Shown: positions 1 to 10,253, counted from the first letter of the stretch. The stretch is 64,000 nt of DNA from Polaromonas sp. (GCA_031363755.1 JANLUZ010000122.1:3631-67630); one strand, 5' to 3'. Made by a program: numbers and translations. Notes: generated by a model not told the origin, from the letters alone.

Positions 1-1605
1 CCCGTGTCGCTGATCGTCAGCGCCTTTGCCACCCTGGCGGACGTGCGCGGCACACTGACCCCGCAGCTGAACCGCGACGAAGCGGACACCACGCTGATTC
101 TGGTGGATTTGGGCCGGGGCCAAAAACGGATGGGCGGCTCCATCCTGGCGCAAACGCTGCAGCTTGAAGGCGGTGCCGTGCCCGACCTGGATGACCCGCA
201 AGATCTGGTCAACCTCGTCAACGCCATCAACGCGCTACGGGCACAGGGCCACCTGCTGGCCTACCACGACCGCAGCGACGGCGGCTTGTTTGCGACCGTG
301 TGTGAAATGGCGTTTTCCGGCAACGTCGGCGTATCGCTCAACATCGACATGCTGCTGGTCGAAGGCGACGGCATCACCGACAGCCGCATGGACCAGGGCG
401 ACAGCAAAAACTGGGCGTCACAAGTCGGTGCGCGGCGCGACGAGCTGACGATCAAGGCGCTGTTCAACGAAGAGCTGGGCGCGGTGATTCAGGTGCGAAC
501 CGGCGTTCGCAACGACGTCATGCAGGTGCTGCGCACCCACTCCTTGAGCAAGTTCAGCCACTTCATCGGCAAAACCCGGCCCGAGCAGGCCGCGCTGACG
601 GTGGGCAAGGGCGAAATTCAGGTCTGGCGCGACACCAAAGCCGTGTTCAAAGCCCCGCTGCCCGACCTGCACCAGGTGTGGGACGCGGTGAGCTGGCGCA
701 TCTGCCAGCAGCGCGACAACCCGGCTGGGGCCGATGCAGAGCATGCCGCAAAAGGCGACTTGGCCGACCCTGGCCTGCATGTGCATTTGACGTTTGATTC
801 AATGCCGCAGGCCCCAGCGCTGTTGCTTAGCCGCCCCAAAGTCGCCATGCTGCGCGAGCAGGGTGTGAATTCCCACATCGAAATGGCCTACGCCTTCACC
901 CAGGCCGGGTTCGATGCATTTGACGTGCACATGACCGACCTGCAAACCGGCCGCGCCAACCTGGCCGACCTGCAGGGCGTGGTCGCGTGCGGTGGCTTCA
1001 GCTACGGCGACACGTTGGGCGCAGGCATCGGCTGGGCGCGGTCCATCACGTTCAACCCGCTGCTGGCCGACCAGTTCAGCGCGTTTTTTGCCCGGCCCGA
1101 TACCTTTGGCCTGGGCGTGTGCAACGGCTGCCAGATGTTTGCCGAGCTGGCCAACATCATCCCTGGCGCTGATGCGTGGCCGCGCTTCACCACCAACCGC
1201 AGCGAACGTTTTGAAGCCCGCCTGAGCCAGGTCGAGGTACTCGATTCCCCGAGCCTGTTTTTCAAAGGCATGGCCGGCAGCCGGTTGCCGATTGCCGTGG
1301 CGCACGGTGAAGGCTATGCCAACTTTGACGTCGCCCGGGGCGGGCGGGGCAACCCTGCGCAGGCGATTGCCGCGATGCGTTTTACCGACCACCACGGCCA
1401 GCCCACAGACGCCTACCCGGCCAACCCCAACGGCAGCGCCGGTGGTTTGACGGCCGTGACCACGGCAGACGGGCGCTTCACCGCCATGATGCCGCACCCC
1501 GAGCGGGTATTTCGCAACGTGCAAATGAGCTGGACCCCGCTGGACGTCAGCGCACACAGCCCGTGGATGCAGCTGTGGCACAACGCGCGGCGTTGGGTGG
1601 GGTGA
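1..1605 (+). CDS. purL: Phosphoribosylformylglycinamidine synthase, C-terminal part (5' end outside window)
   Basis: YHDRSDGGL, LFNEELGAV, LREQGVNSH, GGFSYGD, GVCNGCQM (catalytic Cys) and MMPHPER motifs of the PurL AIRS-C and glutaminase domains. Confidence 0.97.
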   Translation, partial: PVSLIVSAFATLADVRGTLTPQLNRDEADTTLILVDLGRGQKRMGGSILAQTLQLEGGAVPDLDDPQDLVNLVNAINALRAQGHLLAYHDRSDGGLFATVCEMAFSGNVGVSLNIDMLLVEGDGITDSRMDQGDSKNWASQVGARRDELTIKALFNEELGAVIQVRTGVRNDVMQVLRTHSLSKFSHFIGKTRPEQAALTVGKGEIQVWRDTKAVFKAPLPDLHQVWDAVSWRICQQRDNPAGADAEHAAKGDLADPGLHVHLTFDSMPQAPALLLSRPKVAMLREQGVNSHIEMAYAFTQAGFDAFDVHMTDLQTGRANLADLQGVVACGGFSYGDTLGAGIGWARSITFNPLLADQFSAFFARPDTFGLGVCNGCQMFAELANIIPGADAWPRFTTNRSERFEARLSQVEVLDSPSLFFKGMAGSRLPIAVAHGEGYANFDVARGGRGNPAQAIAAMRFTDHHGQPTDAYPANPNGSAGGLTAVTTADGRFTAMMPHPERVFRNVQMSWTPLDVSAHSPWMQLWHNARRWVG

Positions 1606-1649
1606 ATACAGCGTGGTGTGCGGTTGTGATCTGCGGGCTGAGCTGAAAT

Positions 1650-1703
1650 GCTTCTAAAGCTATAGCAGTCCAGGCAGTAAACACATGGGCTAGAGGCTGA
1701 TTT
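1650..1703 (-). repeat. Dispersed short repeat family A, copy 1 (reverse)
   Basis: Reverse complement reads AAATCAGCCTCTAGCCCATGTGTTTACTGCCTGGACTGCTATAGCTTTAGAAGC, aligning with copies at 1801, 24987, 29414, 33640, 42642 and 55858. Confidence 0.85.
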
Positions 1704-1800
1704 CGTGCTTAAAATCAGCCTTTTTGCTGTCTGAAAATCATTTTGGGACGCCAACAACGCATATTGGCGTGGATCTCAGCTGTTCTTAAGGTGTTTCATG

Positions 1801-1846
1801 CCGCTAGTCCAGGTATTTACTGCCTGTCTAGCTATCAAAAACAGAG
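1801..1846 (+). repeat. Dispersed short repeat family A, copy 2
   Basis: CCGCTAGTCCAGGTATTTACTGCCTGTCTAGCTATCAAAAACAGAG matches the family core. Confidence 0.85.
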
Positions 1847-1905
1847 TAATTTCAGAACGACGAGACGGTCATGACGCACCGGGAGTGTTCGGACCGCTCA
1901 CTTCA

Positions 1906-2757
1906 TCAGAAGTCGATTTTTTGGCCCGGGTCCATTTTCAGCATGACGGCTGTGCCAGCCGCTGTGCCGAGCGCGGCTTCGAATTCAGCCGGGGTGCCGC
2001 GCAGCTGCGGCGTGGTGCCATAGTGAATTGGCAGCGCAAATTTCGGTTTGATCATGTCGCGCACGGCCATGGCGGCGTCTTTCGGGTTCATCACGAAATG
2101 CCCGCCAATCGGAATCATCACCAAGTCGGGGCGGTACATCTCGCCAATCAGGCGCATGTCGCCGAACACGGCGGTGTCGCCCATGTGCCACACCTTGAAG
2201 CCGTTTTCCATCTCCAGGATAAAGCCCACAGGCTCGCCGCCGGGCTGAACCTCGTCCTTGCCAGTGGTCGGGTTTTTGTAGACCAGTTCTGAGGAATGCT
2301 CGGCATGAACGGCGGTGATCTTGACGCCATCGGGGCCGAACGGGGTGATGGTGCCCCCTTTGCCGAACCGGGGAGCCAGCTCGGCCGGCAAAATACCCAG
2401 AGCGGCGACAGTCTGGTTCAGCCCGGCGGGGCCGTACATGGGCACGTTGTGCATCTTCGCCAGGGCCGGCGCATCGGCGAAATGGTCAAAGTGGGCGTGT
2501 GTGACCAAAATCAAATCCACTTTGCCCAGCGCGCTGATATTTTTGAAGTCGGCCGGTGTTTTGGGGTTGCTGGTCAGCCACGGGTCGATCACGATGACCT
2601 TGCCGGTGGGCGTGGTGATGCGAGTGGCGGCCTGGCCGAGCCAGAGCACCTCGGTTTTGCCATTTTGCGCAAAGGCAGCCGCGCTGCAGAGCGTCAGCAG
2701 GCTCAGCGCCAGGGCCTTGAAGTTTGGAATGGCTGTTTGGGCATCGTGTGAAAGCAT
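1906..2757 (-). CDS. Metal-dependent hydrolase, metallo-beta-lactamase fold (UPF0173-like), with signal peptide
   Basis: THAHFDHFAD (HxHxDH), HAEH, HMGDT, PIHYGT; start placed at ATG 2757 (MLSHDAQ) ahead of a hydrophobic leader ending AAFA-Q. Confidence 0.85.
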   Translation of the reverse strand: MLSHDAQTAIPNFKALALSLLTLCSAAAFAQNGKTEVLWLGQAATRITTPTGKVIVIDPWLTSNPKTPADFKNISALGKVDLILVTHAHFDHFADAPALAKMHNVPMYGPAGLNQTVAALGILPAELAPRFGKGGTITPFGPDGVKITAVHAEHSSELVYKNPTTGKDEVQPGGEPVGFILEMENGFKVWHMGDTAVFGDMRLIGEMYRPDLVMIPIGGHFVMNPKDAAMAVRDMIKPKFALPIHYGTTPQLRGTPAEFEAALGTAAGTAVMLKMDPGQKIDF

Positions 2758-2970
2758 GGCGAGTCTCCTGATTGTTTTTGGAAGGCTTATTTTGACCGGG
2801 GAGCGGGCACTGCCGCACGGGGCGATCAGCCGGGTTGCCGCGTCATTCGGATACTGGTCGCCAACGAAAAAAGTCCGCCGTGAGCGTTGAAGTGGTGACT
2901 CCAACGCCCATGGCGGACGGCTCAGTCAGGCCCCCTTATGCGGGGCCTAACGTGAATAATGCCCGGCGGT

Positions 2971-3672
2971 CTAGAACGAATAACCCACGGTCAATGACAC
3001 AACGGCCGGGCGGAACTTGATGTCTGCCGTACGCACAATGCCCAGCGTGTTGGTGGTCAGCTTGGTTTTGACCTGGGCTGTGGCCAGCGCGGCGTTGACA
3101 GACCATTCCTTGGTCAAGCGGTAGCTGGCGCCAATTTGCAGCGCCAAGCCGACCGAGTCTTCCAGCGACAGCGAGGTCGCGCCGCCGTTGAGCGTGTTGC
3201 CGTTGGCCGTGGACTCCGTCTTGTCGAAACGCGTGTAATTGATACCGGCGCCCACGAAGGGGCGAAACGCACTGCTGCTGTCAAGAAAGCGGTAGTTGAC
3301 AAACACCGTCGGCGCCACCTGACGCACCCGGGCGCCCACTTGGCCATTCAAGGCTTGCGCGCTACCGGGGATGCCGGTGTTGTTGACTTTGAGGGTGACG
3401 TCGTGGGTGGGCGGCACGCCGAGGGCGAACTCGACGCTCCAGTTGTCATCAAAGGCTCGTTCATAGCCAAAAATAGGCGTGGTGACGTTTTCAACATTCA
3501 GGCTGATGCCCGACGGCGTGAAGGGGCCGCTGACATTGCTGGCGTCAGAGTTCGGGTGCACGCTGGCGACACCGAACTTGATGGTGTTCTGCTGGGCCAT
3601 GGCCGCACCGCTGGTGAGGCAGGCTAAAGCCGTGACAGCGGCGGAAGCGACTAAAAAATGATGGATTTTCAT
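2971..3672 (-). CDS. ompW: OmpW family outer-membrane beta-barrel protein
   Basis: Signal peptide, VEFALGVPPTHDV, PFVGAGINYTRF, C-terminal VGYSF. Confidence 0.88.
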   Translation of the reverse strand: MKIHHFLVASAAVTALACLTSGAAMAQQNTIKFGVASVHPNSDASNVSGPFTPSGISLNVENVTTPIFGYERAFDDNWSVEFALGVPPTHDVTLKVNNTGIPGSAQALNGQVGARVRQVAPTVFVNYRFLDSSSAFRPFVGAGINYTRFDKTESTANGNTLNGGATSLSLEDSVGLALQIGASYRLTKEWSVNAALATAQVKTKLTTNTLGIVRTADIKFRPAVVSLTVGYSF

Positions 3673-3712
3673 AGAGGGTCTTTAAGTGCTTTGAGCGGTG
3701 AAAGGCTGCGGC

Positions 3713-5344
3713 TTATTTGCTGGCCGCCAGCACTTGCTGGAAAAAGCCGCGCGCAGTGGCATTGCAAAACGGGGGCACCAGACCGCCGTGGTAATTCTGA
3801 ATCACGGCGCTGGCGCCGCCATCAGTGGCACCAGCAGCCACTGCAGCCTGGGCCGTCTGGCCTTTGGCCTGACCAAACCCGACTTTGGCCGCTGCAAACG
3901 GATCAGCCGCGCTGGTGGGGCTGGAATCCACGTCCACCACCGTCAGCAAACCGGCGGGCAGTGCGGCAGGCGAGGGCGCCGACCAGAAGCCTTGCATCAA
4001 CTGGGTGTTCAGGCCGAAGTACACGGTCGGGTCGCTGTTGCCGCCGCACAGCAGCACAGGGCTTTTCGGCTGCCAGTTGCGCAGGTCGTTCTTCTTCAAC
4101 GCAATGCGCAGCGTGTTGGCGGGGGTGCTGGCCTGCGCACCGGTGGTCACGGCAGGCACTGCGCCATCCGGGTTGGCAATGGCGTCCAGCAGGTAGCTCA
4201 AGCGGGCGTTGTTGGTGATCAGGTTGTTGGTGCCAAAACCCAGCGCAAACAGCGGGGCCTGCGCCGCAGGTGTCGTTGGCGGCGTGATCGCGTTCAGCGT
4301 GGGCTGCAGCGACGGCGGAGCGCCAGCGGGTGCTGTGGGCGGTACGCGGTTGAACAGCGCCGTTTGCGGCAGCTTGCCCTGGGTGAACAGCGCGGTGTAC
4401 GGCGTGTTGGTCGGCAGCAAGGTGTCGATCCCTGCTGCGTAAGGCGCTTCAAAAATATCCGTCAGGCTTGTGTACAGGTTGCCGTAGGCTTTTTGGTAGC
4501 TGTTGACTTGCAAAGGCGTGAACAGCGTGCTGCCCAGGTTGACGTTGCCGTAGAAAATCGCATCGCCAAATGCCGCGAGCGCGTAGGGCCCGGACATGGG
4601 GGCGCTGGCGGTGACCGTTTGGCCCGCAGCCTGCATCGCTTTGTGCGTGGCCATGGCTACGTGGCCGCCTTGTGAGTAGCCGGTGATGAACAGCTTGCCG
4701 CTGTCTTGCACGGGTTGTAGCAGGCCTGGCAGTGCCTTGCGGGCGGCGGCCAGTGCATCCTGCATTTCCTTGGCCGACTGGTCGGCGTTCAAGTAGGGCG
4801 TATAGCTGAGCTTGGACGAGTCGTAACCCGCGTAATTCGGGGCCACCACAATGAAACCCTGCGCCGCGTAGGTCGCGGCTATCAGGATGGCTTCGCCGTA
4901 AGCGGCGTTGGTGTTGTCAGACAAATTGGCCAAGTTGTAGTTTTTGGCGGTGGTGGTGCCGTGCGCGTACAGCACGACCGGACGCGCGCCGGTGCAGCTG
5001 GCTCCGCCTGAAGGGGTCATCAGCACGCCTGATGCATCAGTGGCTTCGTCGGCACCGCCCACGGTGCCGTACTGGATGTATTGCACATCCACGCCGCAGC
5101 TGGGTGTGCCGGCCACAGCCAGCAGGCCCTGGCCCGTGGGGCTGGCTTTTAGGCTGGCGGTCAGGTCGGCTGCCGTGAGTGAGGTGATGCGCGGTGGCGG
5201 GTTCTGAAGCAGGTCGCCCCGTGCCGGGCTCGGGCTGGCGCTTACCGTGCCCTGGTTGTCGGCCGAACTGCCGCCGCCGCAAGCGGTCAGCACACATACC
5301 AGGGTTGCAGCAGAGACAGCCGTCAAAACGTGCTTGATTGTCAT
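3713..5344 (-). CDS. Secreted lipoprotein alpha/beta-hydrolase (lipase/esterase-like)
   Basis: Lipobox VLTA-C; VLYAHGT; GYSQG nucleophile elbow; C-terminal His in NYHGG; start ATG 5344 (MTIKHVL). Confidence 0.82.
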   Translation of the reverse strand: MTIKHVLTAVSAATLVCVLTACGGGSSADNQGTVSASPSPARGDLLQNPPPRITSLTAADLTASLKASPTGQGLLAVAGTPSCGVDVQYIQYGTVGGADEATDASGVLMTPSGGASCTGARPVVLYAHGTTTAKNYNLANLSDNTNAAYGEAILIAATYAAQGFIVVAPNYAGYDSSKLSYTPYLNADQSAKEMQDALAAARKALPGLLQPVQDSGKLFITGYSQGGHVAMATHKAMQAAGQTVTASAPMSGPYALAAFGDAIFYGNVNLGSTLFTPLQVNSYQKAYGNLYTSLTDIFEAPYAAGIDTLLPTNTPYTALFTQGKLPQTALFNRVPPTAPAGAPPSLQPTLNAITPPTTPAAQAPLFALGFGTNNLITNNARLSYLLDAIANPDGAVPAVTTGAQASTPANTLRIALKKNDLRNWQPKSPVLLCGGNSDPTVYFGLNTQLMQGFWSAPSPAALPAGLLTVVDVDSSPTSAADPFAAAKVGFGQAKGQTAQAAVAAGATDGGASAVIQNYHGGLVPPFCNATARGFFQQVLAASK

Positions 5345-5422
5345 GAATGTCTTTCTATGGACGGGTTGAAAAAGCGGGTAGCTGGAAATAAAACAGGAGG
5401 CAAAGCAGGAAATAAAACGGCA

Positions 5423-5442
5423 AATAGAACGACCGTTCTTTT
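5423..5442. promoter_or_regulatory. Palindromic operator AATAGAACGACCGTTCTTTT (candidate TetR/FadP-type site)
   Basis: Near-perfect palindrome in the divergent intergenic region; its reverse complement matches 17600-17619 at 17 of 20 positions. Confidence 0.6.
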
Positions 5443-5562
5443 CGGTGAGCAATGCTATCTGCGAATGGGCGACAACGACGAAGGGTTTTTACTGAGTTCA
5501 CGGCGAGAGGCGGCTTCTTTACACATCTTTTGACAATTCCGCTGACCCGTAAACTAGCAGCC

Positions 5563-6321
5563 ATGAAATCTTCCCGTTATGAATCCGTCGACACCTTGCG
5601 CGGCCTGGCCATCGTCTGGATGACAGCGTTTCACTTCTGCTTTGATGTCAACCAGCTTGGGCCGCTCAGCGCGAGCCTGGGTTGGGTCAAGCAGAATTTT
5701 TACAACGACCCTTTCTGGACGGTGCAACGCACGCTGATCGTCAGCCTGTTTTTGTTCTGCGCTGGCGTCAGTCAGGCGATTGCGGTGCACCAGGGGCAAA
5801 GCCGGCAGCGGTTTTTCAGGCGGTGGGCGCAGATCGCAGGATGCGCGCTACTGGTGTCTGCCGGTTCTTATCTCATGTACCCGCGCAGCTTTATCTACTT
5901 TGGCGTGCTGCACGGCATCGCCGTGATGCTTCTGGTGGTGCGCTTCACGGCAGGCTGGGGTCGTTGGCTGTGGGCCGCTGGCGCGCTCGTGCTTGCTCTG
6001 CATCTGATAGCAGCCAAGGCAATGAAAGGCTGGGCCGGGAGCGAATTGTTCAATCAACCGGTGCTCAACTGGCTCGGGTTGATCACCCACAAGCCCATCA
6101 CGGAAGACTATGCGCCGCTGGTCCCCTGGCTGGGGGTAATGTGGTGGGGTATGGCCGCCGGCCAGTGGCTGCTGGCCCGGCGGCCCCACTGGCTGGCTGT
6201 GGCCGCGCCTGCAGCGCTGCGCCCGCTGAACTGGCTGGGCCGTTGGAGCCTGAGCTGGTACATGTTGCACCAGCCGGTGATGATTGGCGCCCTGATGGGC
6301 GTTGCCTGGCTTGTCCGGTAG
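5563..6321 (+). CDS. DUF1624 / heparan-alpha-glucosaminide N-acetyltransferase-like membrane protein
   Basis: VDTLRGLAIVWMTAFHFCFD N-terminus, IYFGVLHGIA, EDYAPLVPW, LGRWSLSWYMLHQP; multiple TM segments. Confidence 0.85.
   Translation: MKSSRYESVDTLRGLAIVWMTAFHFCFDVNQLGPLSASLGWVKQNFYNDPFWTVQRTLIVSLFLFCAGVSQAIAVHQGQSRQRFFRRWAQIAGCALLVSAGSYLMYPRSFIYFGVLHGIAVMLLVVRFTAGWGRWLWAAGALVLALHLIAAKAMKGWAGSELFNQPVLNWLGLITHKPITEDYAPLVPWLGVMWWGMAAGQWLLARRPHWLAVAAPAALRPLNWLGRWSLSWYMLHQPVMIGALMGVAWLVR
5995..6047 (-). repeat. Degenerate copy of repeat family A inside the DUF1624 gene
   Basis: Reverse complement AATTCGCTCCCGGCCCAGCCTTTCATTGCCTTGGCTGCTATCAGATGCAGAGC aligns by eye with the family consensus. Confidence 0.55.
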
Positions 6322-6350
6322 GTGCCGCTGTAAAAAAGCGAAGGCCAATG

Positions 6351-6377
6351 AAAAAAACGCCCATCAGGGCGTTTTTT
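6351..6377. terminator. Bidirectional intrinsic terminator
   Basis: AAAAAAACGCCC-ATCA-GGGCGTTTTTT between convergent genes. Confidence 0.8.
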
Positions 6378-6410
6378 CAAGCGCGTCGGGGCAACCAATA
6401 GCCCAGCCGC

Positions 6411-7196
6411 TTATTCGATCTTGGCTTTCTTGCGCAGCTCATCCTGGAAGGCGGCCAGCTTTTGCTGCGTTAGCTGTTGGCTGATTTGCGGCTTGACTTC
6501 GTCAAATGACGGCAGCTGGGCAGTGCGTACGTCGTCAACGCGGATGATGTGGTAGCCGAACTGTGTCTTCACCGGTGTGTCGGTGGTCTGGCCCTTGTTC
6601 AGCTTGAGCAGCGCGGCGCTGAATTCAGGCACATAGCTGGCCGGATTGGCCCAATCAAGGTCGCCACCCTTAGCGCCTGAGCCGGTGTCCTTCGACTGCT
6701 TTTTGGCGATGTCTTCAAACTTTCCGCCTTTTTTCAGGCTGGCGAGGATGGCCACGGCTTCGGATTCTTTTTCCACCAGAATGTGGCGCGCTTTGAATTC
6801 CTTACCGCCGTTGGCCGCCGCGAACTTGTCGTATTCAGCCTTCATGTCGGCATCAGTGACCGGGTTGGCTTTCTGGAAGTCTGCAAACAGGGCGCGAATC
6901 ATGATGGTCTGGCGGGCCAGCTCCATCTGGGTTTTGAAGTCATCGGCGGCCGACAAGCCACGTTTTTCGGCTTCTTGCATGAACACTTCACGCGTCACCA
7001 CTTCTTCGCGCAGCTGCCCCTGCATTTCCGGTGTAACAGGACGACCAGCCTTGGCTACCTGGTCCGCCAACGCGTCAAGCCGGGTTTTTGGCACCGCTTT
7101 GCCATTGACGATGGCGATGTTCTGGGCCTGAACGGTTGGCGCGCCAAAGGCCATCAGGCCAGCGAGCACGGGGACGAGTAAAAAGCGATTTTTCAT
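6411..7196 (-). CDS. Periplasmic parvulin/PpiC-type peptidyl-prolyl cis-trans isomerase
   Basis: Signal peptide; KARHILV, SKDTGSGAKGGDLDW, PVKTQFGYHII. Confidence 0.93.
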   Translation of the reverse strand: MKNRFLLVPVLAGLMAFGAPTVQAQNIAIVNGKAVPKTRLDALADQVAKAGRPVTPEMQGQLREEVVTREVFMQEAEKRGLSAADDFKTQMELARQTIMIRALFADFQKANPVTDADMKAEYDKFAAANGGKEFKARHILVEKESEAVAILASLKKGGKFEDIAKKQSKDTGSGAKGGDLDWANPASYVPEFSAALLKLNKGQTTDTPVKTQFGYHIIRVDDVRTAQLPSFDEVKPQISQQLTQQKLAAFQDELRKKAKIE

Positions 7197-7314
7197 GAAG
7201 TTCCTGACGTCGTGATGAAAAGGGTGAAGAAAATTCCGAACGCCTCGAGCGCCCGAAGCGGCGGGGAAATGGAGTGACGACGCAGACGACGCGTTCAGCC
7301 GCAGGGGCTATGCG

Positions 7315-7602
7315 TCAATCGACAATTTCGATTGCCAGCGCATGCAAGCCGCCGTCAATGAAAATTTGCAGCGAATCATACACAAGGCGGTGTTTGGCAA
7401 CGCGGGTCTTCCCTAAGAACAGCGGGCTGGCAATGCACACCCGGAAGTGCGTGCCAAAACCCTCGGCATTGGCCCCCATGTGGCCAGCATGGTCAGCGCT
7501 TTCATCCGTGACTTCAAGCACCGTAGGTTGCAGCTTTTCTTGCAACATGCGGCGCAATGACTCGGCGCGCGGGGGCGCGCCAGCAGGTGACTGCGCGTTC
7601 AT
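7315..7602 (-). CDS. bolA: BolA family protein
   Basis: LEVTDESADHAGH, THFRVCIASPLF, KHRLVYDSL, LHALAI; start 7602 overlaps the ispZ stop. Confidence 0.9.
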   Translation of the reverse strand: MNAQSPAGAPPRAESLRRMLQEKLQPTVLEVTDESADHAGHMGANAEGFGTHFRVCIASPLFLGKTRVAKHRLVYDSLQIFIDGGLHALAIEIVD

Positions 7603-8225
7603 GCCGACGGGTCCTGCTGGATGTGCTTGTTCAAAAATACCGCTTGCAGCAGCACAAAAACCAGCATCAACCCCATACCGCCAAAAAGTTTGAAGTTCAC
7701 CCAAGTGCTGGTCGGGAAATTAAACGCCACCCACAAATTGACCACGCCCATCACTGCGAAAAACCCAACCCAGCTGAAATTCACGGTGCGCCAGACGCTG
7801 TCGGGCAGCTTCATCTGCGCGCCCATCAGTGACTTGATGCCGTTCTTGTCAAATACGACCTGGCCGACGAGAAGCGCTGCACCCATCACCCAGTACAACA
7901 CCGTGGGCTTCCACTTGATGAAGTTCTCAGAGTGGAAATAAATGGTGGCGCCGCCGAGCACGGTGACCAGTGCCAAACTGACCCACAGCATGGTGTCAAC
8001 TTTTTTGCCGCGCACCTTCAACCAGACGATTTGCGCCAGCGTCGCCGCAATCACCACCACTGTGGCCAGCAGCACCGGCGCTTCGCCAGGCGCGACCACG
8101 CCGCCGGACACCATGAAGCCCAGCCAGTCCGTGGCAACGCTGGCGGCCCAGTCCTTATTGCCTTCGGCGTACTTGAACATGCCGAAAAACAGCGCAATCG
8201 GTAGAAAGTCGAACAGAATTTTCAT
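7599..8225 (-). CDS. ispZ: Intracellular septation protein A (IspZ/YciB)
   Basis: MKILFDFLPIALFF, FIKWKPTVLYW, WVNFKLFG; ispZ-bolA-ppiC order. Confidence 0.93.
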   Translation of the reverse strand: MKILFDFLPIALFFGMFKYAEGNKDWAASVATDWLGFMVSGGVVAPGEAPVLLATVVVIAATLAQIVWLKVRGKKVDTMLWVSLALVTVLGGATIYFHSENFIKWKPTVLYWVMGAALLVGQVVFDKNGIKSLMGAQMKLPDSVWRTVNFSWVGFFAVMGVVNLWVAFNFPTSTWVNFKLFGGMGLMLVFVLLQAVFLNKHIQQDPSA

Positions 8226-8255
8226 GGGCGGATTATCGCTGGGCCGTCGTATGCA

Positions 8256-8678
8256 TTATTTGGCTTCGAAACTCAACGAAGCGGAATTCATGCAGTAGCG
8301 CAGGCCGGTGTCCGTCGGGCCGTCCGGAAATACGTGGCCCAGGTGCGCACCGCAGTTGGTGCAGACGGTTTCAGTGCGCACCATGCCGTGGGCGCGGTCG
8401 ACATGCTCGGTGATGGCGCCGTCTTTAACCTCTTTTGAAAAGCTGGGCCAGCCGCAGCCCGCGTCAAATTTGGCGGACGAGTCAAACAACTCGGCGTTGC
8501 AGCAAACGCAGTGGTAGGTGCCGTCTGCCCAGACCTGGTCGTATTTGCCGGTGTGTGCGCGCTCGGTGGCGGCGTGGCGCGTGATTTCGAAGGCGTGTGG
8601 TTCAGCGCCTTTTTCGGCCAGCGCGGCTTTCCATTCGGCATCGGTTTTCTGGATTTTGGGGGCGGAGATGTCGCTCAT
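8256..8678 (-). CDS. msrB: Peptide-methionine (R)-S-oxide reductase
   Basis: [38 protein letters not shown]. Confidence 0.96.
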   Translation of the reverse strand: MSDISAPKIQKTDAEWKAALAEKGAEPHAFEITRHAATERAHTGKYDQVWADGTYHCVCCNAELFDSSAKFDAGCGWPSFSKEVKDGAITEHVDRAHGMVRTETVCTNCGAHLGHVFPDGPTDTGLRYCMNSASLSFEAK

Positions 8679-8708
8679 GAAGGGGTCTTTCAACAGTGGG
8701 TTTTCAGG

Positions 8709-10253
8709 TCAGGAACTGCAGCTGATCTCAATGCCTTGCGCCCAATCGGGCGGGAAGTCAGCCAGCGCGCTGTGCTGGGCATGGTTGTCAAATGGGGACT
8801 GCAGCACAGCAAGCAAGGTATTGACCTGTGAGAAGTCGTTTAGTTTCGCCGCGCGGATGGCTTGTTCACCCAAATGGTTGCGCAGAACGACCTGTGGATT
8901 GCTTTTCAGCATCAAATCAGCCCGTAGCCCAGGTGTTAACTGCCTGATGCGCTCTGAATACTGTAGCGCCCAGGCATTGAACGACTCGCGGTCAAAAAAC
9001 AGGTCGCGTAGCGCTTCATGCCCGCTGGCAGGCGTGAACTGGCACAAACGGCGCCAAAAAATCGTGTAGTCCACCTGGTTGCTGGCCAGCAGCTTGAAGG
9101 TGCTGTCGATCAGGGCTTTGTCGTCGGTGTTCTGGTCAAGCAGCCCGAGCTTGGCGCGCATGCGCGCCTCGAATGCCGTTGGGAAGAAGGTTTTATACGA
9201 CTCCAACGCCGCCAGCGCCTGCTCCTGGTTGTCCATCAGCGGCAGCAGCGCCTGGCCGAGGCAAAACAGGTTCCAGTAGGCGATGTTGGGTTGCTTGTTG
9301 TAGGCGTAGCGACCCTGTTCGTCCGAGTGGTTGCAGACATGGCCAGGGTCAAACGCGTCAAGAAACTGAAACGGGCCGTAATCGATCGTCAGGCCCAGAA
9401 TGCTCATGTTGTCGGTGTTCATCACGCCATGGCAAAAGCCGACGGCCTGCCAAGCGGCCATCAGATGCGCTGTTTTTTCGCTCACTGCTTCGAGCAGCGC
9501 GGCGTAGGGGTTCAATGCATCACGGCAGCTTGGGTAGAAGTTGTCGATCACCGTGTCGGCCAGGGTTTTGAGCTGCGGCAACTGGTCGGTGTAGGCGAAG
9601 TGCTCAAAGTGTCCAAACCGAATGAAGCTGGGCGCCGTGCGGGTGACGACGGCAGCGGTTTCGATCTCCTCACGGCGCACTTTGGCATCGGAGCCCGTCA
9701 AGCACAGGGCACGGGTGGTGGGAATGCCGAGCCCGTGCATGGCCTCCGAGCACAAATATTCGCGGATCGAGCTGCGCAGCACCGCCCGCCCGTCGCCCAT
9801 GCGCGAGTAGGGCGTGCGGCCTGCGCCCTTGAGCTGAACTTCCTGGCTGCCGTTCTGCGTGACCATCTCACCCAGCAAGATCGCCCGCCCGTCGCCAAGT
9901 TGCCCTGCCCATTGGCCAAACTGGTGGCCGCTGTACACACTGGCCAGCGGCTCGGCGCCCGGCAGCACCCGGTTGCCGGTGAAGGCTTCCAGCGCCTCGG
10001 CCGAATCGAACCACGCCTCGTCGAGGCCCAGTTCGCGCGCCATGCCGAGGTTTCGGCTGATCCAGTAGGGTTCGGGCAAAGCCTGGGGTTGCAGACGGGT
10101 GGAAAAGTCAGGGCCCAGGTCCGCAAAACGATTGCGCCAGCGCACCAAAGACGCCGGTGCGACAGTGGGCGGCGGCAAAGGCAGCTTAGTCGTAACAACG
10201 GCGTCGGGCCTGGAAGTTACTGCGCTGTCTGGGGGAAGTGGCGAATGGGTCAT
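8709..10253 (-). CDS. selO: Protein adenylyltransferase SelO (YdiU)
   Basis: [49 protein letters not shown]-terminal SCSS; exact start uncertain. Confidence 0.93.
   Translation of the reverse strand: MTHSPLPPDSAVTSRPDAVVTTKLPLPPPTVAPASLVRWRNRFADLGPDFSTRLQPQALPEPYWISRNLGMARELGLDEAWFDSAEALEAFTGNRVLPGAEPLASVYSGHQFGQWAGQLGDGRAILLGEMVTQNGSQEVQLKGAGRTPYSRMGDGRAVLRSSIREYLCSEAMHGLGIPTTRALCLTGSDAKVRREEIETAAVVTRTAPSFIRFGHFEHFAYTDQLPQLKTLADTVIDNFYPSCRDALNPYAALLEAVSEKTAHLMAAWQAVGFCHGVMNTDNMSILGLTIDYGPFQFLDAFDPGHVCNHSDEQGRYAYNKQPNIAYWNLFCLGQALLPLMDNQEQALAALESYKTFFPTAFEARMRAKLGLLDQNTDDKALIDSTFKLLASNQVDYTIFWRRLCQFTPASGHEALRDLFFDRESFNAWALQYSERIRQLTPGLRADLMLKSNPQVVLRNHLGEQAIRAAKLNDFSQVNTLLAVLQSPFDNHAQHSALADFPPDWAQGIEISCSS

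Noticed and set aside
1906-2757. Metallo-beta-lactamase as an antibiotic resistance gene
   Set aside because: Motif pattern fits the generic UPF0173/UlaG-like hydrolases rather than class B beta-lactamases
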